This document shows, one piece after another, positions 30,607 to 42,071 of a stretch of DNA of 64,000 nucleotides. The notes under the pieces are model-generated. The model had not been told where the DNA came from. It did not search any database and saw only the letters and a list, made by a program, of their open reading frames with translations. The stretch comes from Puniceicoccaceae bacterium (GTDB taxonomy: Bacteria > Verrucomicrobiota > Verrucomicrobiia > Opitutales > Oceanipulchritudinaceae). The first letter of the stretch is position 1, and each line of letters starts with the position of its first letter. The position numbers and the translations under genes were made by a program. The stretch spans positions 224,001 to 288,000 of the forward strand of contig JBFOMH010000004.1 in assembly GCA_040830765.1 (NCBI GenBank), read 5' to 3'.

Positions 30607-31209
30607 TCAGTTGGCCTTCAGGGAAAGGTAATATGCCCGCAGGGCTTTGTAATCGTCCTCCCGCGAGCCGCTGGTAATCACATGGTCAAATTCGTCGATG
30701 GCTGCCAACTCCGCCCGGGCGGTGTCCAGGCGGCGCTCGATCTCAGCGTCGTCGTCAGCGCCGCGGGCAATCAGTCGTTCCCGTAATTGCTGCATGGACT
30801 TCGGGCGGATGAAGATACATCGGACTTTGCCGGCAAGGGCAGCATTACGGGATTGTTCCTCCCGGAAGGACTTGGCCCCCTGGACATCGATATTGAGGAG
30901 TATATCCTTCTGCTCCTTCAGGATGGATTCGATGTGCTTTCTTTGTGAGCCATAGAAGCGGCCATGGACCATGGCCCACTCAATAAAGGCTCCTTCCTGT
31001 ATTAATTTTTCGAATACATCTGGATCAAGGAAGTGGTAGTCCACGCCGTTGACCTCACCGGGCCGGGGTTCCCGGCTGGTTGTCGTTACCTGGCGCTGGA
31101 TCTCATCCGGAAATTCTTCCAGGAGGCGATCGCAGAGCGTGGTTTTTCCCGAGCCCGCAGGGCCGCAGATAATAAGGACAAGGTTGGTAGGGTGGAGTTG
31201 TCCGCTCAT
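30607..31209 (-). CDS. gmk: Guanylate kinase
   Basis: GPAGSGKTT, TTSREPRPGEVNGVDYHF, WAMVHGRFYG, IDVQGA. Confidence 0.96.
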   Translation of the reverse strand: MSGQLHPTNLVLIICGPAGSGKTTLCDRLLEEFPDEIQRQVTTTSREPRPGEVNGVDYHFLDPDVFEKLIQEGAFIEWAMVHGRFYGSQRKHIESILKEQKDILLNIDVQGAKSFREEQSRNAALAGKVRCIFIRPKSMQQLRERLIARGADDDAEIERRLDTARAELAAIDEFDHVITSGSREDDYKALRAYYLSLKAN

Positions 31210-31220
31210 CGGATGACAAG

Positions 31221-33806
31221 TCAGAGGTCCATGTCCATGAGTATTTCACGTGGGCTGGAACCGTTTTCCGGCCCAACCATTCCCTCGGCCTCGAGGATTT
31301 CCATAATCCGGGCCGCGCGATTGTAGCCTATTTTCAGACGGCGTTGGAGCATCGACGTCGAGGCCCGCTTGCTGTTTCGTATGACCTCGATGGCATCGGG
31401 AACCAGTTCGTCATCCCATTCGCCGTCCACTCCGCCCTGGGCTTCCTCCGGGGAATCGATATTCTTCTGGAAGTGCGAGTCAAACTCCGGTTCGCCATTG
31501 ATATCCCGGATGTGGTGGACGATGCCCGTGATTTCATCATCTCCGACAAAGGCCCCTTGGGCACGAACAAGATCCGCCGAGCCGGGCGGGAGGAACAGCA
31601 TGTCCCCTTTACCGATAAGGTGGTCGGCCCCCATGGTATCGAGAATCGTCCGCGAGTCCACCTTGGAAGCCACCTTGAAGGAAATACGGCTGGGAAGATT
31701 GGCCTTGATGACCCCGGTGATGACGTTCACGGAAGGTCGCTGGGTGGCAAGGATGAGATGGATTCCGGCGGCACGGGCCAACTGGGCCAGGCGGGCAATA
31801 CCGGTCTCAATATCGGCCGGGGCGACCATCATGAGGTCGGCCAGCTCATCGACGATGACGACAATGTAGGGCAACTTGGTCGGGGCCTCGTTGAGGGCGT
31901 CGGGATCCCGGGGCACCTCGATGGAGGCGGCGGCAGCCCGTTCTTCCGGAGTCAATTCAGCATCCATGGCAGCGGCCCGCTCCTCGGCTTCGGCAGCCTC
32001 CTTGCGGTTCTTGGCCATCTTGGCATTGTAGCCGGCGATGTTGCGGACGCCAATACCGGCAAAGAGCTGGTAGCGGCGCTCCATTTCATTGAGCAAATAT
32101 TTCAGGGCGTTGGGTACCTTCTTGGGGTCGGTAACGACCGGGACCAGCATGTGGGGGAGGGAATTATAGACCTGCATTTCGACGATCTTTGGATCGACCA
32201 TGACGAAGCGGAGGTCCTCCGGGCTGGAATGGTAAAGGAGGGATGTAATGACAGAATTGATACAAACTGTCTTGCCCGAACCCGTGGAACCGGCGATCAG
32301 CAGGTGGGGCATTTTGGTGAGGTCCGCAATGAGTGGCTTGCCAGAAACTTCCTTGCCGAGAGCGATGGGAATGTCGGCCTTGTTGTTGACCCAGTCCTCC
32401 GACTCGAGGATATCGCGGATAAAGACGGACTGCGGGTGCTTGTTGGGCACCTCGATGCCAACACATCCCTTACCCGGGACGGGGGCAAGGATACGGACGG
32501 AAGTCGCCTTCAGGTTGAGGGCGATATTCTTGTCGAGATTCAGGATACGCTCAACACGAACGCCGGCTGCCGGATAGACATCGTAGCGGGTAATGACCGG
32601 GCCCGTGTGGACATCGCCGGTCGTGACCCGGACCCCGAATTCCTCCAGGGTCTTGACCAGCATGTCGGCGGTTTGCTGGTGGATGGAATCATCATCCATC
32701 GGGTTGGAACCCTTCGGTTCGGCAAGCAGCCGCATGGGGGGAAATTTGTAATTGCCCTTTTTCTCAGGCAGCTTGACTTCCGCCTTGCGAACTTCCTCTC
32801 CGGCAATGATCCGCAGGCCGGAGGTGCCCCCTTTCTCTCCCATGCCCTTCTTGGGCATCTTAATGGGCGCATTCTTGTTGCTGGTCGGAGCCGTTGAGGC
32901 AGCCTTTTCCGGTGCTGGCTCAGCGTCCTTTGAAACAGGTCCGATTTCCTCGACAATCGGTTCAAAGGGTTGGGCTTCCTCTTCCCGGCCGAGCTTGAGG
33001 CCTCGCTTTCCAGCTTGTTTGGGCCGTTCCATGCCGGGCGGTGACGGGAGGGGTTCCTCTTCCGCATCCGCGGCCGCGGGCTTTTTCTTTTTCCGGGCCA
33101 GGGCCTTGGCCTGCTTTTCCTCCCGGCGGCGGGCTTTCTCTGCCGCCCGCTCTTCCGCTCGCTTGGCGCGGGACTGGGCCCACTCGGAGATCTTGACCTT
33201 GAACAGGTGCTTCAGATCGGAGCCCAAATTGTCAAAAAGAAGAAAAACAATCGAAAAAGCGCTGAGAACCCCAAAAACCACCATGGAGCCGACCATGCTG
33301 AGGAATTCACGCAGGAACTGGGCATACATCCAATACCCGACCCATCCACCCCAGCCAAAGGGAAACATGTTGTCGGAAACCTCGGATAGCTCGATTTTGC
33401 CGACCTTAAGGTCTTCCATCGTCTCCACCTGGTACATGCAGCCAAAGACGGCGAGGCTGATGAAGATAATCACTACCGGCGGCAGTTTCCGCATGCCCAG
33501 CTTGCGGGCATAGGGCCGGAAGAACATGTAGGCTACCCAAAATGCCAGGACCGGCGCGGCATAGGCGGCAAGGCCGAGTGCCAGCAGAGCGTAATAGGCA
33601 ACCTGGACCCCGAAATTCCCGATCAGGTTCTGGTCCTGGATGTCCGAATAGAAAAAAGTGTTCTGCTCAGGGGCATAATCCCAGATAGACAAACCAACAA
33701 GCAGACCGAGAATCAGGAAAGCCAGTCCTAAAAATGGACGCGGCTCCGGTGACTTTGGCCCGAATGTGGGATTCTTTTTCGCCGGCTTTTTCTGTTTTCT
33801 TGCCAT
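31221..33806 (-). CDS. ftsK: DNA translocase FtsK
   Basis: N-terminal TM domain, GPVITRY, PHLLIAGSTGSGKT, DELADLMM, ATQRPSV, C-terminal gamma domain (LQRRLKIGYNRAARI). Confidence 0.97.
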   Translation of the reverse strand: MARKQKKPAKKNPTFGPKSPEPRPFLGLAFLILGLLVGLSIWDYAPEQNTFFYSDIQDQNLIGNFGVQVAYYALLALGLAAYAAPVLAFWVAYMFFRPYARKLGMRKLPPVVIIFISLAVFGCMYQVETMEDLKVGKIELSEVSDNMFPFGWGGWVGYWMYAQFLREFLSMVGSMVVFGVLSAFSIVFLLFDNLGSDLKHLFKVKISEWAQSRAKRAEERAAEKARRREEKQAKALARKKKKPAAADAEEEPLPSPPGMERPKQAGKRGLKLGREEEAQPFEPIVEEIGPVSKDAEPAPEKAASTAPTSNKNAPIKMPKKGMGEKGGTSGLRIIAGEEVRKAEVKLPEKKGNYKFPPMRLLAEPKGSNPMDDDSIHQQTADMLVKTLEEFGVRVTTGDVHTGPVITRYDVYPAAGVRVERILNLDKNIALNLKATSVRILAPVPGKGCVGIEVPNKHPQSVFIRDILESEDWVNNKADIPIALGKEVSGKPLIADLTKMPHLLIAGSTGSGKTVCINSVITSLLYHSSPEDLRFVMVDPKIVEMQVYNSLPHMLVPVVTDPKKVPNALKYLLNEMERRYQLFAGIGVRNIAGYNAKMAKNRKEAAEAEERAAAMDAELTPEERAAAASIEVPRDPDALNEAPTKLPYIVVIVDELADLMMVAPADIETGIARLAQLARAAGIHLILATQRPSVNVITGVIKANLPSRISFKVASKVDSRTILDTMGADHLIGKGDMLFLPPGSADLVRAQGAFVGDDEITGIVHHIRDINGEPEFDSHFQKNIDSPEEAQGGVDGEWDDELVPDAIEVIRNSKRASTSMLQRRLKIGYNRAARIMEILEAEGMVGPENGSSPREILMDMDL

Positions 33807-33901
33807 CTATTCGATATGATATGGATTACTGACCGGATGGCCTCATGACAAGGCAGGATTGAGGTTTGAGCGATATCCTAACCAGTTTTTTAAATTTCAG
33901 C

Positions 33902-34842
<941 letters not shown>

Positions 34843-34846
<4 letters not shown>

Positions 34847-35949
34847 ATCAGGACCAGACTGTCGCGGTGCACCACCTCGCATCGGGAGCGCCCGGGGTGC
34901 AGTTCTTTTATTTCACTGGTATCCTTGCCAAGGATGGTTTCGAGAACCGCGGAATCATAGGCCACGATACCCCGCCCGATAAGCGACCCATCAGGCGCAT
35001 GGAGGGTGGTGACAGCCCCTTCCGCAAAACTTCCCTTGCAGGCAGTGACCCCTTTGGCGAGCAGGCTGGAGTTTTGTTCCAGGACTGCCTTGGCCGCTCC
35101 GGGGTCAAGGTAGAGGGCCCCTGCCGGCTTTTCAAAAAAGGCAATCCAGCGCTTGCGGGAGGCAAGGGGGATCGACTGCGGAACAAAGAAAGTTCCCGTC
35201 GCGGTCCCGTCATGGATTTTCTGCAAGATGCCGCTCTCCGCCGCACTGCCAATAAAGACGCCACAACCGGACCGGGTGGCGAGGTCCGCTGCTTCAATCT
35301 TGGTGACCATTCCGCCGGTCGAGTGGGCATTCCCGGCCGCTCCAGCCATCGACCGGATGGAATCGTCGATTGTGGTCACAACCGGTACCAGTGCACCCTT
35401 GCCATGGTCCTCCATAAGCCCGGAAATAGTCGAGAGAATGACCAGCAGGTCCGCCTTCAGCAAGCTGGCCAGAAGGGCACTGAGAACATCATTGTCCCCG
35501 AATTTGATTTCATCGGCACTGACGGTGTCGTTTTCATTGACCACCGGAACAACGCCCAAGCTGAGGAGTTTTTCCATCGTATCGCGGACGGCCAGATGCC
35601 GGTTGCGCCCACCGATGTCCTCCCGGGTCAGCAGTACCTGTGCGGCCGTGAACCCGTGGGATTCAAGTGAGGATTGCCAGGCTTCCATCAAGCGGGACTG
35701 GCCCACGGCGGCGCAGGCCTGCAGGCTGGCAAGATCGGAAGGACGTTCCTGCAGGCCCAGCTTTCCAATTCCCATGCCGACCGCACCCGATGAAACGATA
35801 AGGACCTCAATGCCGTTTTCCTTCAGGCCGGCAACCTGCTGGCAGAGGGATTGGATGCGGTCGATCATGAGGGAACCATCCGCATCAGCGATGGAATGTG
35901 TCCCGATTTTGATGACAACGCGCCGGGCGTTAGTCTCGAGAAATTGCAT
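34843..35949 (-). CDS. proB: Glutamate 5-kinase
   Basis: VIKIGT, VSSGAV, AAVGQ, NENDTV, FGDND, TGGMVTK, C-terminal PUA domain. Confidence 0.96.
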
Positions 35950-35957
35950 GAATCGCC

Positions 35958-36524
35958 TTAAACCTTCAGGAGCTCGTCTTCCTTATCCTGGAGAGCGTCA
36001 TTGATGGTCTTAACATGGCTGTCCGTCTCATCCTGGATTTCCTTTTCATGCCGCTTGATATCATCTTCCGAGATGTGGCCCTCGGCCTTGAGCTTTTTCA
36101 GCGCGTCCATGGCATGATGCCGTGCCTGGCGAACACTGACCCGGCCTTCCTCGGCATGGGAGGCGGCCATCTTGACGAGGTCCTTGCGGCGGTCGCCGGA
36201 GAGTTCGGGAATCGGCACCAGGATGGTTGCTCCCCGGGCAATCGGATTGAGCCCGAGGTTGGCTTCGCGGACAGCCTTTTCAATGGCCCCGCTGGTGCCC
36301 TTGTCCCAGGGCTGCACCTGGATGGTATGCAAGTCCGGTGTGGTGATGGCACCCAGTTCGCGGATGGCCATGTTGGTCCCATAGGATTCAACGAAAACGG
36401 GAATGTTCTCGATCATCGCAGGTGTGGCCTTTCCGGTGTGGATGTTGGTGAACTCATGCAGGGTGTGCTGAACGGCCTTGTCCATCAAGTCCTGTGCTTC
36501 CAATTGAATCGTTTCCCAGTCCAT
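35958..36524 (-). CDS. frr: Ribosome recycling factor
   Basis: IHTGKATP, VQPWD, LGLNP, PELSGDRRK, ISEDD. Confidence 0.96.
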   Translation of the reverse strand: MDWETIQLEAQDLMDKAVQHTLHEFTNIHTGKATPAMIENIPVFVESYGTNMAIRELGAITTPDLHTIQVQPWDKGTSGAIEKAVREANLGLNPIARGATILVPIPELSGDRRKDLVKMAASHAEEGRVSVRQARHHAMDALKKLKAEGHISEDDIKRHEKEIQDETDSHVKTINDALQDKEDELLKV

Positions 36525-36596
36525 TTTTCCGTCTTCCTTAATTGTTCATGGTATTAGTGTAATGCCCCCTTCGAATCAAGCCTGCGGATATCCGCC

Positions 36597-37334
36597 CTAG
36601 TGAACGAGGGTTCCTATTTTCTCCCCCTGGACGGCCTTGCGGATGTTCCCGTCGCCATTCATGTTGAAAACAAGGATGGGCATCTGGTTTTCGAGGCACA
36701 TCGCAAACGCGGTTGCGTCCATGACCTTGAGGCGTTTCTTCAAGGCATCGGTGAAGGAAATTTCCTCAAACTTGACGGCGTCATCATGCTCCATCGGGTC
36801 CTTGTCATAGACACCATCAACCTTGGTGGCCTTGAAGATGGCGTCCGCACCGATTTCGTTGGCCCTCAGGGCAGCCGTGGTGTCGGTGGAAAAGTAAGGA
36901 TTGCCGGTACCCCCGACGAAGATAACGACCCGTTTCTTCTCGAGGTGGCGGGTGGCCCGGCGGAGGATGTAGGGCTCGGCAACCTTGTTCATCTCAATGG
37001 CACTGAGGACCCGGACAGGCACTTTCATTTTCTCGAGGCAGTCCATGAGGGCCATGCCGTTGATGACCGTTGCCAGCATGCCCATGTAATCGCCCGTTGT
37101 CCGGGCAACCCCGCGCTTTTCAGCACCGCTCAGGCCGCGGAAAATGTTGCCTCCCCCGACGACAAGTCCGATTTCAATCCCGAGGTCGTAAACGGTCTTG
37201 ATGTCCTCGCAGACCCGGTGCAGGACCGTCCCGTCTATCGTTTCCCCTGATTCGGCACAGCGCAGAACCTCGCCGCTGATTTTCAGTACAATTCGTTTAT
37301 AGCGCGCCTTCCCGCCTTCGGCTGTCGTTTCCAT
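36597..37334 (-). CDS. pyrH: Uridylate kinase
   Basis: RIVLKISGE, VVGGGNIFRG, DYMGMLAT, GTGNPYFSTD, VMDATA. Confidence 0.97.
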   Translation of the reverse strand: METTAEGGKARYKRIVLKISGEVLRCAESGETIDGTVLHRVCEDIKTVYDLGIEIGLVVGGGNIFRGLSGAEKRGVARTTGDYMGMLATVINGMALMDCLEKMKVPVRVLSAIEMNKVAEPYILRRATRHLEKKRVVIFVGGTGNPYFSTDTTAALRANEIGADAIFKATKVDGVYDKDPMEHDDAVKFEEISFTDALKKRLKVMDATAFAMCLENQMPILVFNMNGDGNIRKAVQGEKIGTLVH

Positions 37335-37463
37335 TAAAACGGGTAGTTTTGCGGCTCCGGCCAAAAGGTCAATCCTTGGGGCAGGCAAAGATAGCGTCCG
37401 GGAATTGCTGAATCATGCTTGACGGGCCGATAGGCCGGGGCTTTAGTTCCGCCTTTTAATCGC

Positions 37464-37538
37464 AGGCCCATGGTGTAATTGGCAACACAGATGGTTTTGG
37501 TCCATCCATTCAAGGTTCGAGTCCTTGTGGGCCTGCCA
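37464..37538 (+). tRNA. tRNA-Gln, anticodon TTG
   Basis: Cloverleaf read by hand: acceptor AGGCCCA/TGGGCCT, D-stem GTGT/ACAC, anticodon arm GATGG-TTTTGGT-CCATC, T-arm CAAGG-TTCGAGT-CCTTG, discriminator G, encoded CCA; 75 nt. Confidence 0.96.
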
Positions 37539-37623
37539 CTTTTCTCGCGATTCAGCCCCACGGCTGACGATGAACAAGATACACGGTTGCCAATCGGTAT
37601 TAATTAGCTTTGGTGCAGAACGT

Positions 37624-38292
37624 ATGACATTGCCCTACGCGGTAATTTTATGGGACTGGAATGGAACCCTCCTCGATGACGCCGATTTCGGTATTCGTGT
37701 CATCAATGAGATGCTGGAGCGGAGGGGTATGCCTGCGCGCACCCGGGAAGAGCACGGGCGACTCTTTGATTTTCCGGTCATCCGGTATTATGAGCGGATC
37801 GGGTTTGATTTCGAAAAGGAGCCCTTTGAGGACCTTTCCCACGAGTTCATCGATGCTTATTTCGCCGATGTCCGGAGTTGTGGGCTGCGACCGGGCAGCC
37901 AGGAGCTGTTGGCATCCCTGCACAAAACTGGCTACCGGCAGATGATCCTCAGCGCCAGCCGACAGGACTACCTGGAGGACCTTGTCTCCCACTACGGGCT
38001 TTCGCCGTATTTCGAGGAACTACTGGGCATCGACACCGTGCATGCCCCCGGCAAGAGTGGCCGTGGCATGGACTGGCTGAAAGAGTCCGGCGTGGAACCG
38101 GCACAGGTATTGCTCATCGGGGACACTGTGCATGATGCGGAAGTAGCGGAAAAAATGGGCATCGACTGCTGGCTGGTGCCCGGTGGGCATCATCCGCGCG
38201 AGCGCCTCGAGGCAACCGGCCGGCGTTGCCTGGAGGACATCGGTTGTGTCGGGCGCGATCTGCTGCAACCGGCAGGGGAGGGAATTTCCTGA
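37624..38292 (+). CDS. HAD-family hydrolase (phosphoglycolate phosphatase-like)
   Basis: WDWNGTLLDD motif I, ILSAS motif II, K, IGDTVHD motif IV. Confidence 0.9.
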   Translation: MTLPYAVILWDWNGTLLDDADFGIRVINEMLERRGMPARTREEHGRLFDFPVIRYYERIGFDFEKEPFEDLSHEFIDAYFADVRSCGLRPGSQELLASLHKTGYRQMILSASRQDYLEDLVSHYGLSPYFEELLGIDTVHAPGKSGRGMDWLKESGVEPAQVLLIGDTVHDAEVAEKMGIDCWLVPGGHHPRERLEATGRRCLEDIGCVGRDLLQPAGEGIS

Positions 38293-40550
38293 TGTTTTTG
38301 GCAGCCCAGCTGGACGGCGAGATGGGAGACGTGGTGGTCAGCACCCTGGCCCTTTCCGTGGCCATCGGCGCAATCCTCATGGTGGTGGCCAAGCGGCTGA
38401 AGCTTCCCGGTATTGTCCTGCTGCTATTCGGCGGGGTGATTCTTGGTCCGGAAGGATTGGGATTTGTCCAGCCGGATACCCTTGGCACGACATTGAATGT
38501 CATGGTGGCGGTTGCCGTCGGGCTCATTCTCTTCGAGGGTGGCCTGACGCTGGATGTGGCGGGTTACCGCTCCGCACCCAAGGTCATTCGCAATCTGCTG
38601 ACTATTGGGGTAGTGGTGACCTGGGTGGGCATTTCCTCGCTGATCTGGCTCCTGTTTCCGGTTGAGCCCGAATTTGCAGTCCTCGCCGGCAGCCTGGTGA
38701 TTGTTACCGGGCCAACAGTCATCCAGCCGATCCTGAAGCGGATCCGCCTCAAGTGGAACCTGCATAACATCCTCCATTGGGAGGGGGTCCTTATTGATCC
38801 CATTGGGGTCTTCCTCGCTGTCATGGCCTATGAATGGGTCGCTGGGGGAGGGGAGGAGGCCTTCCTGCACCTCCTGATCCGTATTGTCGGGGGGCTGCTG
38901 ATTGGTATGGCTGGCGGGGAACTGGTGGCCTGGCTTCTCAAGCGGCGCCTGATCCCTGAGGAAATGATCAATGTTTTCATGGTTGGTTCCGCGATGCTCA
39001 TTTTCGGGGCCACCGAGGCCCTGATTGCTGAAGGGGGACTCCTCGCGGTCACGGTTGCCGGATTGATTTGCGGGTCCCGTCAGCCTCCCGCGCTGAAGGG
39101 TATAGTCGAGTTCAAGTCGGTCATAACCGATCTCCTCATCGGTTTCATTTTCATTCTTCTGACGGCCCGGTTGCAGCTGCAGCAGTTTCTCGACTTCGGG
39201 CTCAAGGGTTTGTTCCTGGTGGCCTTGGTCATATTTGTCGTGAGGCCGGTGGCCGTTTACCTGAGTACCCGAGGGAGCAAACTGACCAGACGGGAAAAGA
39301 TCTTCCTTTCCTGGGTCGCACCACGTGGTGTGGTGGCCGCTTCCATGGCCTCGCTTTTCACGCTCACGCTTGTCCAGCAGGGGGGCTTCTCGAATCCTGC
39401 TTTTCTGGAATCATTTGTTTATTCCGTCATCTTCGCTACGGTGCTGCTGCAGGGACCAACAGCATCGTTGCTGGCGCGGGGATTGCGTCTAATGGAAGAG
39501 GAACCCAATGGCTGGCTCATTGTTGGTGCCCATCCGTTGGCCCGCGAGGTGGCCCGCTTCATCGAGAATACGCGGGGTGTTCCGGTTGCCTTGATGGACG
39601 GAAACCGCATGGCGGTGCAGGAAGCAAGGGATGAAGGGATGCGAGCCTTCTACGGGGATGCGCGCGAGACGGCACAGATTGAGGACCGGGCGGAAATGCG
39701 CGGCGTTGGCAAGTTGCTCGCCTTTACCGACAATGAGGACCTCAACGAATTGCTCTGCAAGAAGTGGGAACCGGTATTTGGCAAGGGACATGTCTTCCGT
39801 TGGGGAAGCTCGCTGACTGCCAATGCGGATGAGAACAGTACTGGAATGGTTCTCTGGAACTGGATGCCCAAGCCGTCCATGATCAGCTCGGAGATATTAC
39901 TGGGAGAAGCGGCTATTATCCAATTGAAGGGTGAACGGATGAGCAACCCGGGGAACCTTGCGGCCCTGCTCACCGCAAACAACCGGGAGATGCTCCTCGA
40001 TCCCGGTCCGGAAAGTAAGCTCAAGTTCACCAAGTCCGAGCCACAGACACTTTATTTGCAACGCGAGGCGGATTACCTCCTCAATGCACTCGATGACAGC
40101 CGGATGCGACTGTTTGAGAGCACCGAGCAGAAGGAAATCTATCTCGCCCTGGCAGGGGCGTTGGCGGATGCCTACCCATCACTGACTCCGGAACAGATAT
40201 TCCAGCACATCATGGAACGGGAATCCATCGTCCCGACGACCCTCGGCCACGGCGTAGCACTGCCGCACTGCCGGATTGAAGGCATTTCCCACACGGCCTG
40301 TGCGATTGGCTTGATTCCGGGAGGCCTCGTACTGGGTAGCGATGAGGAGACCGTGAAGCTGGTCTTCATGCTGGTCAGTCCGGAAGATGAACCCGAAATG
40401 CACCTGGCAGTCCTTGGGGAAATCGCCCGGTTGTGCGCCGATCCCGAAGTTCGCCAGATGTTGCTCGACTGTCGCAAAGGCGAGCAAATCCTGCCCATTG
40501 TGCGGCAGTATCGTCGCCAGCACACTCCGTTTGCTGAAGCTCGGGGCTGA
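38292..40550 (+). CDS. CPA1 cation:proton antiporter fused to an RCK/TrkA-N-like domain and a PTS EIIA domain
   Basis: ILFEGGL, TGPTVI, EGVLIDPIG, APRGVVAAS; then IVGAH; then RESIVPTTLGHGVALPH (EIIA phospho-His motif). TGATG overlap with the HAD gene. Confidence 0.88.
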   Translation: MFLAAQLDGEMGDVVVSTLALSVAIGAILMVVAKRLKLPGIVLLLFGGVILGPEGLGFVQPDTLGTTLNVMVAVAVGLILFEGGLTLDVAGYRSAPKVIRNLLTIGVVVTWVGISSLIWLLFPVEPEFAVLAGSLVIVTGPTVIQPILKRIRLKWNLHNILHWEGVLIDPIGVFLAVMAYEWVAGGGEEAFLHLLIRIVGGLLIGMAGGELVAWLLKRRLIPEEMINVFMVGSAMLIFGATEALIAEGGLLAVTVAGLICGSRQPPALKGIVEFKSVITDLLIGFIFILLTARLQLQQFLDFGLKGLFLVALVIFVVRPVAVYLSTRGSKLTRREKIFLSWVAPRGVVAASMASLFTLTLVQQGGFSNPAFLESFVYSVIFATVLLQGPTASLLARGLRLMEEEPNGWLIVGAHPLAREVARFIENTRGVPVALMDGNRMAVQEARDEGMRAFYGDARETAQIEDRAEMRGVGKLLAFTDNEDLNELLCKKWEPVFGKGHVFRWGSSLTANADENSTGMVLWNWMPKPSMISSEILLGEAAIIQLKGERMSNPGNLAALLTANNREMLLDPGPESKLKFTKSEPQTLYLQREADYLLNALDDSRMRLFESTEQKEIYLALAGALADAYPSLTPEQIFQHIMERESIVPTTLGHGVALPHCRIEGISHTACAIGLIPGGLVLGSDEETVKLVFMLVSPEDEPEMHLAVLGEIARLCADPEVRQMLLDCRKGEQILPIVRQYRRQHTPFAEARG

Positions 40551-40566
40551 TCGTTAAAATGCTCGC

Positions 40567-41931
40567 TTAAGGCTTGCCGATGCCGTGGGCCTCGAAGCCC
40601 AGGTTCCTCAAGGCAGCCAGTTCGACCAGGTTCCGCCCGTCAAATATGAAGGCCGGTTTTTCCATTGAGGCAAAGATCCGCTTATAGTCGGTCTGGTCCA
40701 TCTTGAAGGCGTCCCATTCCGTGAGGATGGCAATGGCATGGGCATTGTCAGCCGCTGAATAGGGATCGGGATGGGTTTCCACCCGATCGGTATCGAGGTC
40801 GATGCCAAGATCCCGGCAAATTTGCTCACGGCCCACCTTCGGGTCGTGGATGGCCAGTTTGGCCCCTTCCTCAAGCAGGTCGCGGCACACGTAGATGGCC
40901 GCCGATTCCCGCGTGTCGTTGGTGTCTTTCTTGAAGGCAAATCCGAAAATGGCGATTTTCTTGTCGGTTACCGTATTGAACAAGGCACTGACAATCCGTT
41001 TACTGAAACGGCGCTTCTGGTAGTCGTTCATTTCAACAACCGAGCCCCAATAGTCGGCTACTTCCGGGAGGCCGAAGTGGTTGCACAGGTAGACCAGGTT
41101 CAGGATGTCCTTCTGGAAGCAGGAACCGCCAAATCCAACGCTGGACTTGAGGAACTTGGGCCCGATCCGCGAGTCGCGCCCAATGGCATAGGCCACCTCG
41201 TCGACATCGGCCTCGGTGGCCTCACAAAGGGCGGATATCGAGTTAATGGAGCTGATCCGCTGTGCCAGAAAAGCGTTCGCAGTCAGTTTGGAGAGTTCCG
41301 AGCTCCACAGGTTGGTCGTGATGATGCGATCCCGCGGGACCCATCTCGCATAGACATCCACGAGGGCTTGGACCGCTTTGTCCCCGTCACCGTTCGGTTC
41401 TCCACCGATCAGGACCCGGTCCGGGTTCTCCAGATCCTCCATCGCTGTTCCTTCAGCCAGGAATTCCGGATTTGACAGGACCTGGAACTTTCGCCCGCTG
41501 CCGGAAGAACTAAGAATTCGCTTGATCGATTCGGCTGTCCGTACCGGAAGGGTCGATTTCTCGACAATGATCTTGTCCGTCGTCGAAACCTTCGCGATCT
41601 GCCGTGCACAGAGCTCGACATACTTCAGGTCCGCCGCCTGGCCCGCACCGATGCCATAGCTTTTGGTCGGTGTTCCCACACAGATGAAGATTATGTCCCC
41701 CTTGGCGATGGCCGGGTCCACTTCCGTTGAGAAAAACAGGTTCCGGCCGCGTGCCTCCTGCGTCACCTCCAGCAGGCCCGGTTCGTACACCGGCAGGTCA
41801 TCCGATTCCCATGCCGCTATCCGCTCCGCGTTCACGTCCACCACCGTCACTTCGATGTCCGGACACTTCTGCGCTATCTTGGCCATCGTCGGTCCCCCAA
41901 CGTAGCCCGCTCCTATACAACAGATTTTCAT
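40567..41931 (-). CDS. ugd: UDP-glucose 6-dehydrogenase
   Basis: [61 protein letters not shown]. Confidence 0.96.
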   Translation of the reverse strand: MKICCIGAGYVGGPTMAKIAQKCPDIEVTVVDVNAERIAAWESDDLPVYEPGLLEVTQEARGRNLFFSTEVDPAIAKGDIIFICVGTPTKSYGIGAGQAADLKYVELCARQIAKVSTTDKIIVEKSTLPVRTAESIKRILSSSGSGRKFQVLSNPEFLAEGTAMEDLENPDRVLIGGEPNGDGDKAVQALVDVYARWVPRDRIITTNLWSSELSKLTANAFLAQRISSINSISALCEATEADVDEVAYAIGRDSRIGPKFLKSSVGFGGSCFQKDILNLVYLCNHFGLPEVADYWGSVVEMNDYQKRRFSKRIVSALFNTVTDKKIAIFGFAFKKDTNDTRESAAIYVCRDLLEEGAKLAIHDPKVGREQICRDLGIDLDTDRVETHPDPYSAADNAHAIAILTEWDAFKMDQTDYKRIFASMEKPAFIFDGRNLVELAALRNLGFEAHGIGKP

Positions 41932-42057
41932 GATCCCTGCAGAAAACACCTCCAGCCACCCGTTGCGAGCCTAATTTACCCTTCCCGCCCCCTTCGATTT
42001 TCCTTCCCCCGCTTTCGCTCAAGCGAAGGCTTGACCAAAGCAATCTTATATTAATAA

Positions 42058-42071
42058 GTAATAATTATGAA
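42058..42071. promoter_or_regulatory. Putative operator copy 1 (GTAATAATTATGAA), overlapping the GH88 start codon
   Basis: Palindromic core ATAATTAT at 42061-42068; TTGACC at 42031-42036 upstream. Confidence 0.65.

Noticed and set aside
31344..32897. 517-aa plus-strand ORF
   Set aside because: Antisense shadow of ftsK.
37464..37620. tRNA as a possible integration site for an island
   Set aside because: No integrase nearby and no duplicated tRNA 3' end seen; flanking genes are housekeeping.
40567..41931. Eukaryote-like UDP-glucose dehydrogenase as recent horizontal transfer
   Set aside because: This subtype ([13 protein letters not shown]) is known from several bacterial phyla, so it is not evidence of a recent transfer.
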